57,906 bases of DNA from Bryobacterales bacterium (GCA_003167275.1 PMTT01000542.1:1-57906), one strand, 5' to 3'; positions 17,491 to 27,658 are shown, numbered from the stretch's first letter. Made by a program: numbers and translations. The notes: generated by a model not told the origin, from the letters alone.

Positions 17491-17610
17491 AAACCCGACC
17501 AACCCGACAATTGACACGTAACGCACTCATTCCATTGGCTAAGGTGTTGTCGGGTGGGTCCGAAAACCCGACAAGCAACCCGACAATTCCGAACGAAAAA
17601 CCCGACAAAT
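17491..17610. repeat. iteron-like array of AACCCGACAA (five direct copies, one inverted)
   Basis: Copies start at ~17491, 17501, 17565, 17578 and 17599, with an inverted ttgtcggg at 17547. The array lies between the integrase start and the replication-protein stop. Confidence 0.7.
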
Positions 17611-17618
17611 CGGAAGCG

Positions 17619-20216
17619 TCAGTATTCGGCGTCGTCGTCGGCCCCTTCGGGCAGAATTGTCGCCCGCGAAAGGTGCAGAACGCTCTGCAAGCATCCACAC
17701 ATGGTCTTTCGAACGGTTAACGTCTCCCGCCGCGTGTCCACTGTCACCAACAGCTTTCTTTCGTTCAGCCGCTTGTTCATCGTCTGCTCGGATATCTCCA
17801 GGGACTCGCCCCGGTCACGGCCGGCAATCTGTATCAATCGATAAGCGGCGGCCGGTTCCAGGTAGAGGTCGTCACCATCCACCCAGCCGATGCAATCGCC
17901 CTGGGGCTCCGAATTCCCTGAGGCTGTGCGGCGCCACCCGCAAGCTTCTGGTACGCGATCCGGCGGACCACCTCGCCGCCCAGCCAGATGGGAACGTCCC
18001 GACGACAGCGATGCGCGGAGCAGCGAAAGGTACCTGCCGACCGGATCGGTGGCGGCCTGGTGTTTGCCCTGTTCGGCAGCCGCCATCCCAAGCGCCGCCC
18101 AGCAACGGTACGCCAGATTTTGCGCTTCCCCGGGTTCCAGTGCTTCGCTTGCATCGGCGTATTCCAGGTACAACTCGAATCCGGCTTGCAGGCTGGCGAC
18201 TATTCCCGGCGTACGGGCGTGGGCCGCACTCTCCAGGGATTTGACTCGAAGCTCATCGACCCGTCGGACTAGTGCCGCCTGTAGCTCCTCATACCGCCCA
18301 GCAATCCATTGAATGAAGCCGATCATGGCGACGATGTAGTGGCCTTCCAATGCGTCTTTCTGGCAGGTCGTGAGCTTGTCAAGGTCGATCCCACCCTTGC
18401 TAAGTTCCAAGATCAGCAGCCGTGCGCGAACGGACTGCCCGCGAGGTATTTCTTCTCCAGTGGACAGGATCAGGCAGCGCGGTGGTTTTGATTCGCGCAA
18501 CCTCGTGGTCGAATCCATTCGTCCGCGCCCGGCGTGGTTTCCAGCCGCCCGGAACACGCGATCCGCCGCAGCATGGTAGCGCTGGATGTCCGCGTTGCTG
18601 CCGTTTGGGGCGAAATCATCAACGGCGAGCAGGGTATCCTTCGCCTGAAAAGCCAACGACTCAAGCGAGTTTGCCGTGGAAGACCAGGATCCCGGCAGAT
18701 GCCGGCTGTCAAACTTAACCCCGAAGTGTTGCTGATGCAATGCCGCCAACTCCGTCTTGAACGTGCCGGTCGGGCCAGCCAAGTGGAGCGAGAAATCTGT
18801 CCCGCCGAATGCAGCCCGATAGGTGGCTGCCAGGATCGGGAAACAGATCGAGGCCGGCCCAACCTCGCAGAGCCGCAGGCTTGCCCGAACAGACGCGATG
18901 AGAATGTTTCGATCTTCCGTTGTACGAAGGTCGAAAGAGTTCATTGGACCCGATAACCGTACCCCAACATCAGGCAGAGCGCCGGCTTTTCCAACGCCCC
19001 CGCCCGCATGGAGATAGACCCAAACGCCGTCAATCTTGCGCCAACCGGTGTGGGCATAAAAGCGGCGCTCTTCGGTCGCCATGGAGAAGGACTGGATCGC
19101 GGTTCGCGCGTACTCGCGTTGGTTTGGATACGTGATCGCCGCGGGCCCGATCTTATCGATAGGCCAGTCCATGCTGGCAAACTCTTGAGCAGGAAGTGTG
19201 AAATCAAAATGACCGCCTAGGATTTCGCCCTTGATTTCGAATTCACGGGCCGTGCTCACGCCATCGTCCAGTAGAATGTTCGCTATGATCGCTGCCTGAT
19301 AGTTAGTCAGCTTGATTTCCGTGATTTGCTGCTGGCCCTTGGTTGCGATGCGATACATGCCGTCGGGCCGCGACCGGAAGTCGGGCGGTTGTACAATCTG
19401 AAGCCGGGTGGCAGGAACGGCACGGTCGAAGAGTTCCAGAACCTTCGTGGGTCCCCACAAGGCGAGCAAGTCATCCACGCCGTTGACCGGACAGTCTTCT
19501 GGCAAGTTTATGAAATCCACCTCGCTCTTCCGCGTAGCGAGTTCGCGAGCGATCCCGGTCCGTGCCCACTTCACGCTGTCGTTGGTTTGGACATTCGCGT
19601 CGAAGAGGATGCGCACTCGCCGTCCAGTCCACTGAATCCGGTCGAAATCGGAGATGACTCCCTTGACGTCGACGCGTTGGCCCTTGGGACCGCCGATCTT
19701 GGCAACGATGCCACGCCACGCCCAAACTCCAGCGATGCCGATAGGGATGAAACGTGGGTAGTCGGTCCCGTGGTTGGCGAGGCGCCAAAGGGCCAGCGCC
19801 TTTTTCTCGCCCTCGACGATAATGATCGGAATCTTGACGTCGGCAAGCTGTGCCGGTGTAACACATGGAGGGATGTACAGCCGGTTCCAGCTTTTTGGAG
19901 CGCCGAGGTATTTCGCCTGTGGCCTGGCCTTGCCATCTTTCCCCTGCACCCAGTCTGGATTGTCACGCCGTATACGGTAGTTGACCGGGCCAGGCTGGCC
20001 TGGCCAGTAGTTTGTAAAAAGGACGCCGGCGCAGTCCCGGCTTCCCTTTTGCCCTACGATCTCCCGGCCCTCAATGGTGTCCACGCGACGGAGCAAGGCT
20101 TGATCCGCAATGTCGCGTGAAATCCAGGAGGCGATAAAGGCGATGTAGTCCTCCTCCGTAAGAGGCTTACCCCAAGGCGGGGGAATGTGTTCGAGACCGG
20201 GAACTGCCGCCGTCAC
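17619..20216 (-). CDS. primase/helicase-like replication protein (Toprim-like N-terminal region, P-loop NTPase C-terminal region)
   Basis: 865 aa. IPIIIVEGEKKALAL is a Toprim-like acidic motif (as I recall for DUF3854). The Walker A-like motif is HLAGPTGTFKTE (DUF927-like from memory). This architecture is typical of integrative elements. Confidence 0.65.
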   Translation of the reverse strand: MTAAVPGLEHIPPPWGKPLTEEDYIAFIASWISRDIADQALLRRVDTIEGREIVGQKGSRDCAGVLFTNYWPGQPGPVNYRIRRDNPDWVQGKDGKARPQAKYLGAPKSWNRLYIPPCVTPAQLADVKIPIIIVEGEKKALALWRLANHGTDYPRFIPIGIAGVWAWRGIVAKIGGPKGQRVDVKGVISDFDRIQWTGRRVRILFDANVQTNDSVKWARTGIARELATRKSEVDFINLPEDCPVNGVDDLLALWGPTKVLELFDRAVPATRLQIVQPPDFRSRPDGMYRIATKGQQQITEIKLTNYQAAIIANILLDDGVSTAREFEIKGEILGGHFDFTLPAQEFASMDWPIDKIGPAAITYPNQREYARTAIQSFSMATEERRFYAHTGWRKIDGVWVYLHAGGGVGKAGALPDVGVRLSGPMNSFDLRTTEDRNILIASVRASLRLCEVGPASICFPILAATYRAAFGGTDFSLHLAGPTGTFKTELAALHQQHFGVKFDSRHLPGSWSSTANSLESLAFQAKDTLLAVDDFAPNGSNADIQRYHAAADRVFRAAGNHAGRGRMDSTTRLRESKPPRCLILSTGEEIPRGQSVRARLLILELSKGGIDLDKLTTCQKDALEGHYIVAMIGFIQWIAGRYEELQAALVRRVDELRVKSLESAAHARTPGIVASLQAGFELYLEYADASEALEPGEAQNLAYRCWAALGMAAAEQGKHQAATDPVGRYLSLLRASLSSGRSHLAGRRGGPPDRVPEACGWRRTASGNSEPQGDCIGWVDGDDLYLEPAAAYRLIQIAGRDRGESLEISEQTMNKRLNERKLLVTVDTRRETLTVRKTMCGCLQSVLHLSRATILPEGADDDAEY

Positions 20217-20659
20217 TGGGGTTGGCCCTCACTGGTTCTTCTGACGGACTTCCCGGATGCTGACGGTGCCACTCCATCCGAAACCTCCAGCCCAATTGCG
20301 CGAGAGATTGCCACGGTAATAGAGGTCGCGACAGACGCGCACGAGGCCCGCCCAGTGCGCTCTGCTTTCGTGGCCGCCGCGGCGCAAGAGCCGTCCGCCG
20401 AGATCGTTAGCACGAGGGTGGCGCCGGCCGTGTTCACCAACTTGAGTGCATCCTCGACGTTGGTGAGAGGCTGGAAGCGCCAGCGTGGCATCCAGCCGCG
20501 GTCACCCGTCAGGAACCGGCCGGGCGCAACCTTCCAACGCATAATTTGGCAAGCGAGTTGGTCGGTTAGCCTGTCATCATTTATGGACTTGCTCCCTCGG
20601 CCGGTCGAAGCCTGTCCTCTCGATCGCGATTTGGCTTGGGTATTCGACGGTCCGATCAT
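20213..20659 (-). CDS. hypothetical protein
   Basis: 148-aa ORF with 4-nt overlaps to both neighbours in the operon. No confident domain. Confidence 0.5.
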   Translation of the reverse strand: MIGPSNTQAKSRSRGQASTGRGSKSINDDRLTDQLACQIMRWKVAPGRFLTGDRGWMPRWRFQPLTNVEDALKLVNTAGATLVLTISADGSCAAAATKAERTGRASCASVATSITVAISRAIGLEVSDGVAPSASGKSVRRTSEGQPQ

Positions 20660-20859
20660 CGGCCCGACCCCGATTCGGCCCCGTCCCGGCCTTGACGGAT
20701 GTACTCGGCCAAGTCGACTGCGTCGATCCGCACCAGGCGCCCAAAATGATGAACCTTAAGACGGCCCGACCGAGCTTCGGCGTCCAACTTTGATGCTGAA
20801 ATGCGTAACAGCCGCTGAGTTTCCCGACGCGTCAGGAACTTTCGCTCCTCAATTTCCAT
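20656..20859 (-). CDS. excisionase/AlpA-like helix-turn-helix protein
   Basis: MEIEERKFLTRRETQRLLRISASKLDAEARSGRLKVHHFGRLVRIDAVDLAEYI has the pattern of MerR/excisionase-type HTH_17 proteins. A strong RBS GAAGGAG precedes ATG 20859; the longer ORF to 21165 is unsupported. Confidence 0.7.
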   Translation of the reverse strand: MEIEERKFLTRRETQRLLRISASKLDAEARSGRLKVHHFGRLVRIDAVDLAEYIRQGRDGAESGSGR

Positions 20860-21023
20860 AGCTCCTTCAGTTTGAAACGAGGACACTTCCAGTTGAAAGT
20901 CTTCCCTGAAGCACGCTCTTTCATTGGCCTGTAACCTATTGAAATCGAAGCTGATTAATGCGTCGGGAATACACCTGGGAAGACTTTGATTTCGCGGGAA
21001 GACTTCGAAGACTTCGGGAAGAC

Positions 21024-23639
21024 TTACTCGACCGGATCCGATTGGTTTGCTTGGTCCCGCTGATGTTTCAGCTCTCTTTCCTCTCTCTTGCGTACCATCG
21101 ATAGACTGTTGCCAATTTGGTCGCTGACGAGTTTCCTTGACGCGAACGTTAAGGCCTCGCTCCACCCCTTCGCTGGGGTACCCTTGAGCGATTCCGTTTT
21201 TCCAGTTCTCCAGTTTCCTGGCACTTCATAAAGTCCAGATGGATCGCTCGACATCGCTGTGTCCAAATGACCACAGATTGACGTCAGCACTTCTGCCTTC
21301 TTCCAGCTTGCCGGGTTCTCGCGCCAGTCGGGCGCATGTCTGGAGACGATCGCCGCAATCGCTCTGTGGCGGTCCATGTCGGCCTCGAAGCCGTGACGGC
21401 GCGGCGCCGTGACTTTTCCAATTTCGGAGCTGGTTGGACTCTCGGATACGCGGTCAACACCAGCAATTCCGCGGCTGCCCTCCGCCTTCAGGTCCGCAAG
21501 CACTTGCAAAAGCCTACGGTATCTCCTGTATTCCTCGGAATGCTCGATCTTGCTCTGTATACTGTCGGGTAGCTCAGCGTGAGCGCTGGCGGGGAGCAAC
21601 CAGTTGTCCAGCAGGCCAGCCTGTTCCACATAGCTCCTCAGGAACCGGAGGCACTCTGATTCATAGCCTTCTATGGTTAGATCCATTCGGGCTCCCAGCT
21701 CAAACCCCTCTACAGCGAATGCGACGAAGACTCGCAAAACCAGGCCGAGCAGCAGTGCCTCCGCGGCCTCGAATTCCCGGATCGAGCACTTCTTCTCAAA
21801 GAAGGCGTCTTCGGCACGCAGTCGTTCGGCGATTATCCCCGCCCTAACCGGTTCGGGGAAGGCAGGGTGGAACTCGTACATCAATCTCGGCAAGCGAATA
21901 TCAACAACCAGTTCGTTGCCGAATCCCCGTTTGATCAAAGGGTTGGAGCGATGCCACACTTCTCGCCCGGTGGCAATGGGAGTCAGGTGTTTGGATCCAT
22001 CAGAGCGCGGCAGGGCTGTCTCTCCCCGGCTAAGGTCGGGCGACATGTCGGCTTCCTCGTTCTTCTTCTCGGCCTCACGAACCAGCTTCGCCGCAACTTC
22101 CATCCAGTATTCGCGCCGTTCACCTAATCGCATTTGAAGCATCGGTCTGGGGATGAAGGTTAAGCAGTTCTCCGCGACGATGTTCAAGATCGAGTTCTCG
22201 AATTCGCGGAGGCGCCGCTCGCGTGCATCGGCTCCGCGCTCGGTCCCCATACCGACCGCCAACATGGTCGCCCTACAATCGAAGACTCCGGCGCACAGGT
22301 CGAGAGTCCAGTCACGAATCGCCTCAGAAGTGGCGTCCTCGGCGGGCATTCTGTCCAATAGGTTCGAATTCAAGGGCACGAGGAGTTGGCTCACCAACCG
22401 AGACATAGCAGCCCACTTGCTCCGTTCTGGGTCTTCCCTTGCAAACAGATCTTTGTAAGGCCGACCTTCTACCACGGGTTCTCTTAGCGGAAGACCCTTC
22501 CCCCTGCTCGGGGCGGGCTCCGGATTCGATGCTTCTATCGCGGCCGCTACTGAGCCTGCTATGCCGAAATGGCTGTCATCGATCTCTCCCCAGTCTGGGC
22601 TCATATCAGCCAAGGCTTGGATCGCCGTACAACTGCTTGTGATCCCCTCAATCGCCTGGAGGTCCAGGAAGGCCAGCGGTTGAACCGCGTCAGTCAACGT
22701 GCTCCTAAGAGCCTCAAGCGCCTTCCCCAAGTCGCCGGCGTCGCCTGCCCCAACCCAATGTGCTGCCTCCATGGCGCTGGTAAGCGGTAGAAGCAGCCCA
22801 TTCATCTCGGCACCGAGCGCATCAAGCACCTGTGCAACGGAGTCGGAAGCCCGGGCAGCCTCGCTGATTAAACTCATCCCTTCAAACGCGCCGGACATTC
22901 CCGTCAAGCCTGGCGGCAAAGACTCATCGCTGTCGCTGAAGATCTGTAGCTTAGAAGCCGCCTGTGCAGTTCGCACCGCCGCGAGCATTAGCTCGTTCGC
23001 CGCGGCTGCGCTGCCGGTCGCCGTCATCTGCTTTGCCCTTTGTAGATCGGCTTGGCGGATCGCGGGGCTATCGGAGGAGTGATCAGCTTCCGCCCTTTCG
23101 GCCGGCGATTGGGGAGATTCTGAGTACTCCTTTGCGCCTTCTGCGACGAGTTCCGCCTGAATCCTCTCCCGCGCCGAACGTTCACACTGTGTCGCTGATG
23201 CCTCCCAGATATCAGGGAAGGATCCTCCGGAGGAACGATCCTGAAACAACCGACTCTCGTTGCTGAGGCTCTCGCGCCGGAGAAAGTGTAGCCACGCCCG
23301 AGTGCAGGGATCAACTTCGGACAGGCCCGCGGGAACCGCCTCGGGGTCATTGATCACCATCGGTTGTTCTCTCCACGTGGGATGGTGCTCTAATGGCTCC
23401 GGAGCGGGCATGGGTGGAATGCCCAGTTCCTCGATGGCACGCGCTGCCAGAAGACTGAACGTTACCCAGGCTGGCTCAGTTTGCGGAGTCCTCGGCCTCA
23501 GACGCCAGATACCGGATTGTTCCCGGCCAGGGACTGAATATAAATCGGCTCGCAATGAAATGGATCGCAAGCGAAACGGATCGGCGCCTCGACGGAAGCG
23601 CTCCGCCAGTCCCAGCAACGTCCCTATGCCGCTCACCAC
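21024..23639 (-). CDS. large hypothetical protein (871 aa), no recognisable domain
   Basis: Long ORF with balanced, acidic, helix-rich composition unlike the Arg/Pro-rich antisense ORFs. The start is uncertain. Confidence 0.6.
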   Translation of the reverse strand: MVSGIGTLLGLAERFRRGADPFRLRSISLRADLYSVPGREQSGIWRLRPRTPQTEPAWVTFSLLAARAIEELGIPPMPAPEPLEHHPTWREQPMVINDPEAVPAGLSEVDPCTRAWLHFLRRESLSNESRLFQDRSSGGSFPDIWEASATQCERSARERIQAELVAEGAKEYSESPQSPAERAEADHSSDSPAIRQADLQRAKQMTATGSAAAANELMLAAVRTAQAASKLQIFSDSDESLPPGLTGMSGAFEGMSLISEAARASDSVAQVLDALGAEMNGLLLPLTSAMEAAHWVGAGDAGDLGKALEALRSTLTDAVQPLAFLDLQAIEGITSSCTAIQALADMSPDWGEIDDSHFGIAGSVAAAIEASNPEPAPSRGKGLPLREPVVEGRPYKDLFAREDPERSKWAAMSRLVSQLLVPLNSNLLDRMPAEDATSEAIRDWTLDLCAGVFDCRATMLAVGMGTERGADARERRLREFENSILNIVAENCLTFIPRPMLQMRLGERREYWMEVAAKLVREAEKKNEEADMSPDLSRGETALPRSDGSKHLTPIATGREVWHRSNPLIKRGFGNELVVDIRLPRLMYEFHPAFPEPVRAGIIAERLRAEDAFFEKKCSIREFEAAEALLLGLVLRVFVAFAVEGFELGARMDLTIEGYESECLRFLRSYVEQAGLLDNWLLPASAHAELPDSIQSKIEHSEEYRRYRRLLQVLADLKAEGSRGIAGVDRVSESPTSSEIGKVTAPRRHGFEADMDRHRAIAAIVSRHAPDWRENPASWKKAEVLTSICGHLDTAMSSDPSGLYEVPGNWRTGKTESLKGTPAKGWSEALTFASRKLVSDQIGNSLSMVRKREERELKHQRDQANQSDPVE

Positions 23640-24300
23640 GCCCCTTGAACCCGCCAGCTTTAGGAAGATGAGGCCGCCCGGGGCGGGAGCCTTTCACCGG
23701 GTTCATGAGGCCCGGCTAGGCGGCCAAACAACAATTCTACACCGATTTGTTTGGGCGGTTCTGCGGTGCCTGACACCCGCAATTCCGGCCGCTTCTTCTC
23801 CGCACTTCCGGAACCTCGAAAGCGGAAGAGGGGCGTGCCAATCTAATCTCAGAGCTGCAACGTGAAGTGCTTCGAAGCGCCGACTTCGGTCACAGCCTTA
23901 CTGATTGCGCTGAGGAGGAACGCCGCGGCAATTGTGCCCGCATGACTGCGCGACCTGGGGTTAGCGCTTGAAGGGAACCCCGACTGTCGGGCGACGACTT
24001 CAGAGGGGATAATGGCCAGCCCAAGCGCGAAGAATCGTCGCGGGAGAATGCAGCCTTTGGCGGAAGTACCCACCGTCATTCCGAGAAGGCTAGTAGTCGA
24101 CCCCCAACCCCAGGTGCAATACGTAATCGTACCCCAAGATGGTGTGGCCTCCATCCGCCTTTGTGCAACAGCTTGATATTTCTGCAAGAATTGCGCACAA
24201 TGGTAGTCGTGCACTGTGAATGGCGAGGTGTGCCCCGATGTGGACGCCCGCTTGCGTGTCCTTCCTGGTATCATCTGACCGCGTCTACAAGGAGCGTCGG

Positions 24301-25533
24301 ATGGGTCTAATGCTCCAAGACATCATCGATTCGACAAAGCTGGATCCGGCGTTTTGCGCGGAGTTGGTTGGAGTCGCTACAGACCAATTCCAAGAGTGGC
24401 TAAGCGGGGCACCCTTGCCGCGATTTGTTATCCCCGAACTGTCGTCGATCCTCGGCGTGCCAGAAAAGACGTTGATTTCGTGCGGCGGCAGCAAGGCGCG
24501 CTCAACCGATAGCGGTGTGCTGGCGCCGGCGGTGTGGTACAAGCTGCGGAACGAGCGCTTGACGACGAGCGACAGAGAGATGGTCGGGTTGGTCCGTAAG
24601 CTCGGCTATTATATTGACCAACTCAAATCGATCCGGAACACGCGGGTTCGGCGGTTCGAAGTAGTCTTCAGGACGGTCCGCGCCGAAGTCGACAGGACTC
24701 AGCCGCCTACACTCCAGGGAAGGGCTGCAGCCAGGGCCTTCCGAAGCACGACCGAATTGGAGCACGGCGAGCAAGGCATTGGTGAGTGGGTCCGACCTAC
24801 CCTCAGAAAACTCGGCGTGCTCGTCGTCGAGAGTCCGATCAAGTCCGACGTCGAGGGCTGTACTTTCATGGTCGGATCAGAGGCGTCCCTGACACCCTGC
24901 TTGTTCGCCAACTCGTACAAGTCTACGTGGTTTCGGCGCAACGCCGTGATAATGCACGAACTCGCGCACGCTATCCTTGACCTCGAGAATGACCCCGTAG
25001 CACTCGACTTCAAAGACGGGACTGAGCAAACAGAGCTGTCGGAACTCCGGGCCCAAGTATTTGCTCAAGAAAGTCTTGTGCCTCGTTCTGTGCTGGTGCG
25101 TATGGCAAACCGATTTGGGCTGAAGTGGTCGGATCTCACGGCGGAAAATGTCGCCCGTCTAGTTGCCGATTCGCACGTCGAGAAAGGACTCGTCCTGAAG
25201 GCAGCTCTCGATCATGAATTGATCGATGCGGCGCAGTTTGAGCGGTACTCTAGTTATGAGTGCGATCCTCTGGTCCGCAGTCTCAGTTCGCACGCGCTCA
25301 CTACCAGAGAATTCCTGAAGAAGCATGCGGCAGAGTCACCCAAGTGGGTCGCTGAGAACAGGAACACCAACGTCGGGCGCCGCCCGCTCCGTCTACCCTC
25401 AACATACGTCGCGGAGGTCGTCGGAGCGTTCAATGACGGTGAGATAAGCATGGGCAAGGCTGCTGAGATGCTGATGGTGGAAAAGGAAACGTTTCGCGCG
25501 CGTTTTTGCAGCGAACAGCAGCTCATTGGATAA
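24301..25533 (+). CDS. XRE-type HTH fused to an ImmA/IrrE-family zinc metallopeptidase
   Basis: RBS AAGGAG lies before ATG 24301. The N-terminal HTH-like segment is FCAELVGVATDQFQEWLSG. The HEXXH motif is NAVIMHELAHAIL. Confidence 0.8.
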   Translation: MGLMLQDIIDSTKLDPAFCAELVGVATDQFQEWLSGAPLPRFVIPELSSILGVPEKTLISCGGSKARSTDSGVLAPAVWYKLRNERLTTSDREMVGLVRKLGYYIDQLKSIRNTRVRRFEVVFRTVRAEVDRTQPPTLQGRAAARAFRSTTELEHGEQGIGEWVRPTLRKLGVLVVESPIKSDVEGCTFMVGSEASLTPCLFANSYKSTWFRRNAVIMHELAHAILDLENDPVALDFKDGTEQTELSELRAQVFAQESLVPRSVLVRMANRFGLKWSDLTAENVARLVADSHVEKGLVLKAALDHELIDAAQFERYSSYECDPLVRSLSSHALTTREFLKKHAAESPKWVAENRNTNVGRRPLRLPSTYVAEVVGAFNDGEISMGKAAEMLMVEKETFRARFCSEQQLIG

Positions 25534-26258
25534 ACTCTTTGTCCGCTCCGTTGCCCGCACAACCGACTAATCCAGCCCTCATCGTGGGCGATAGCTCTGC
25601 GCTCCTACAACTGATCCTCGCTGAAGAGATGCAAACCTTGCGTGCAATCAAGGCCGATTACGGGGTTCAATGTGTCATGACCGAGGCGGTGAGCAGTGAA
25701 TTGCGACGTAAACTGCAGAACAAATACCCGGAGAAAGCCGCCGTGCTAAAGAAGGCTGTGGCCAACAGCACCGTTGTTGTGCTGTCCGAGGTCGTCCTCT
25801 CTGTTGCCGGCTACCGATCCGCGCCCGCGCTTATTGACCAAATAGAGCAACTTGGGCGAGAATTCGCGGTCCGAATCGACCGTGGAGAAGCGTATACTCA
25901 CGCTGCCAGCAACGTGCTTGCCGTACCTGCCCTCAGTCAGGACCTCGAGGCAATTTGGAAGCTTATCTCGGCGGGAATACACGTTGAGAGGCCAGTCCTT
26001 CGAGCATTTGACGTCGTGATCTTTGGGCTCCAGATCGGGGTCCTTACCGAAGCCGACTGCAAACAGGTGCGAAAGGAACTCCTTCGAAACGAGCAAGGGA
26101 TACTCCAATGCTTCAGGAACTGTGCCGTCATGGACGGCCTGCCGTCGTTCTATCAGCGGCTGTGCGATGCAGATTTGACCCCTCTCGGGTCTCCGACACC
26201 GGTCGAGAAGCTTGATCAGCGGCTTTGGATTCGGCGCAGCTCGCCTGTAGCGGATTGA
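25506..26258 (+). CDS. PIN-like putative nuclease partnered with the ImmA/IrrE gene
   Basis: It overlaps the upstream gene by 28 nt. LIVGDSSALLQLIL resembles the first acidic motif of PIN domains, and further acidic residues occur in MTEAVSSEL. The assignment is tentative. Confidence 0.45.
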   Translation: MQRTAAHWINSLSAPLPAQPTNPALIVGDSSALLQLILAEEMQTLRAIKADYGVQCVMTEAVSSELRRKLQNKYPEKAAVLKKAVANSTVVVLSEVVLSVAGYRSAPALIDQIEQLGREFAVRIDRGEAYTHAASNVLAVPALSQDLEAIWKLISAGIHVERPVLRAFDVVIFGLQIGVLTEADCKQVRKELLRNEQGILQCFRNCAVMDGLPSFYQRLCDADLTPLGSPTPVEKLDQRLWIRRSSPVAD

Positions 26259-26307
26259 TTATCCGGAAGAGACGAGTGGCGTCGGGCTTGAAATCTACGA
26301 GAAGATA

Positions 26308-26329
26308 GCTACCGATATTGCGGAATAAC
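26308..26329 (-). repeat. dif-like site copy 0 (inverted orientation): GTTAT-TCCGCA-ATATCGGTAGC
   Basis: The plus strand reads gctaccgatat-tgcgga-ataac. The 11-bp arm is the same as in the five sites at 31.7-45 kb. Confidence 0.7.
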
Positions 26330-26763
26330 GGGCGGGCTGCGAGTAGAAGCTGAAGACCGGTCTTTGTGGCCACAGGCGTCCGAATCGGCGCTGAGGCGGC
26401 GCGACGCCTGGCCGGGCGCAGGTTCGAGCCTCTGATCTCGACCCCGTCAATGCGCCAGCGTTGGTTTTGGGGCTTCCGGCGCTGCGCACGGCGCACACGG
26501 CGGCAGTTTGGCTCCGGCGGCCTGCAAATCGGCGAGCGGCTGGTCTTCACGTCGGCTCCATCGCGCCCCCAGTCGTCGACGAAGCCGTCGGCACCGAGAG
26601 TTCGAACTTGCCTTCGGGTCGAGACCGAGGGAGGAATGTCATAACCGCGGCGCCACCGCGGCGGGAGGTTCCGCACGATGACATCGAAACCCAAAACACG
26701 AGACAATACCGAGCCGACCGCCGCGCCGGCCGCAGAATCGGGGTTGGCAGGGGGGCCAAGGGC

Positions 26764-27024
26764 ATGAAGCTGCCAGTGTACAAGCATCTATTGGACATCA
26801 ACGCTGGTTTCGATCAGGCCATCCGTGCCCTGTCCGCTCTCGGAAAACTGGATTCCTTCCACGGCCGGGAACTGGATCGCCTCACCGCGCTCGTGAAGGA
26901 GACCCGCGCAGCCACGAACTCCTACCTGACCGGTGTACTGGAGCGGGCCGAAACTGCGGAGGCCGGCCAGCGCTTCGGGAAGCGATGGGAGCGAGAGCAA
27001 AAAGAGGAAACCGGTCGCAGGTAG
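26764..27024 (+). CDS. hypothetical small protein
   Basis: MKLPVYKHLLDINAGFDQAIRALSALGKLD... has reasonable composition. The upstream part of ORF 26461-27024 is Arg-rich and implausible. Confidence 0.4.
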   Translation: MKLPVYKHLLDINAGFDQAIRALSALGKLDSFHGRELDRLTALVKETRAATNSYLTGVLERAETAEAGQRFGKRWEREQKEETGRR

Positions 27025-27065
27025 CCCCCACCATACTCTGTGGCTTGGTCCGCTGAGGCCGGTGC

Positions 27066-27515
27066 CTACGACGACACGCGGGAGCGCCGGCTCGATGGCT
27101 TCCGCTGGGACGATTTCCGCTTCGGGGAGCTTCCGGCCGCAAGCCCGTCGAGGGCCTGGATCGTTTCATTTATCGCTTCCCCCTGGAGCCTCAAACGCTT
27201 CGCCAGCCTTTGAAGTTCGAGCGCCCGTTGGGGAGTCTCTGAGTCGCGCTCCATCCGAGACCGCGGATCTCGCTTCGCCGGCTCGTCGCGCGTGGAACCA
27301 TCCTCCAGCCCGGCGAGCAGCTCCGATAGGGTCACCCCGAGCACGCCGGCGACCTTCGACAGGTTGTCGAAGCTGATGTTCTTTTCGCCGCGCTCGACCT
27401 GGCCGATGTACGTTCGGTGGAATCCGCTGATGTGGGCGAATTCCTCCTGTGACCACTTCTTCGCCGCCCGAAGCTCGTGGACCCTCTTGCCCAGTAGTAC
27501 CAGTAGGTCGTTCAC
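27066..27515 (-). CDS. XRE-family helix-turn-helix transcriptional regulator
   Basis: LRAAKKWSQEEFAHISGFHRTYIGQVERGEKNISFDNLSKVAGVLGVTLSELL is a canonical HTH_3 pattern. Confidence 0.8.
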   Translation of the reverse strand: MNDLLVLLGKRVHELRAAKKWSQEEFAHISGFHRTYIGQVERGEKNISFDNLSKVAGVLGVTLSELLAGLEDGSTRDEPAKRDPRSRMERDSETPQRALELQRLAKRLRLQGEAINETIQALDGLAAGSSPKRKSSQRKPSSRRSRVSS

Positions 27516-27658
27516 CTACCAAGAGTCTGGAATCGCGGGGGACGCAATCGCCACAGCCGTTGAATAGCACCGCCGATAGATACCGATTAGTGGTAAGCTG
27601 TGCGGGAACGGCGGGAACCTGGAGACACGCTCTTGCTGGTCAGAAAAGTGGGCCAGAA

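Noticed and set aside
23849-24274. 141-aa minus-strand ORF upstream of the ImmA/IrrE gene
   Set aside because: Its composition is unconvincing (Thr/Ser/Gly/Trp-rich N-terminal half) and there is no RBS. It overlaps the promoter region of 24301-25533. It is left uncalled.
26128-26787. 219-aa minus-strand ORF in the gap after the PIN-like gene
   Set aside because: It is extremely Arg-rich with no domain signal, and the competing plus-strand ORFs are equally poor. I left 26259-26763 unannotated apart from dif-like site 0.
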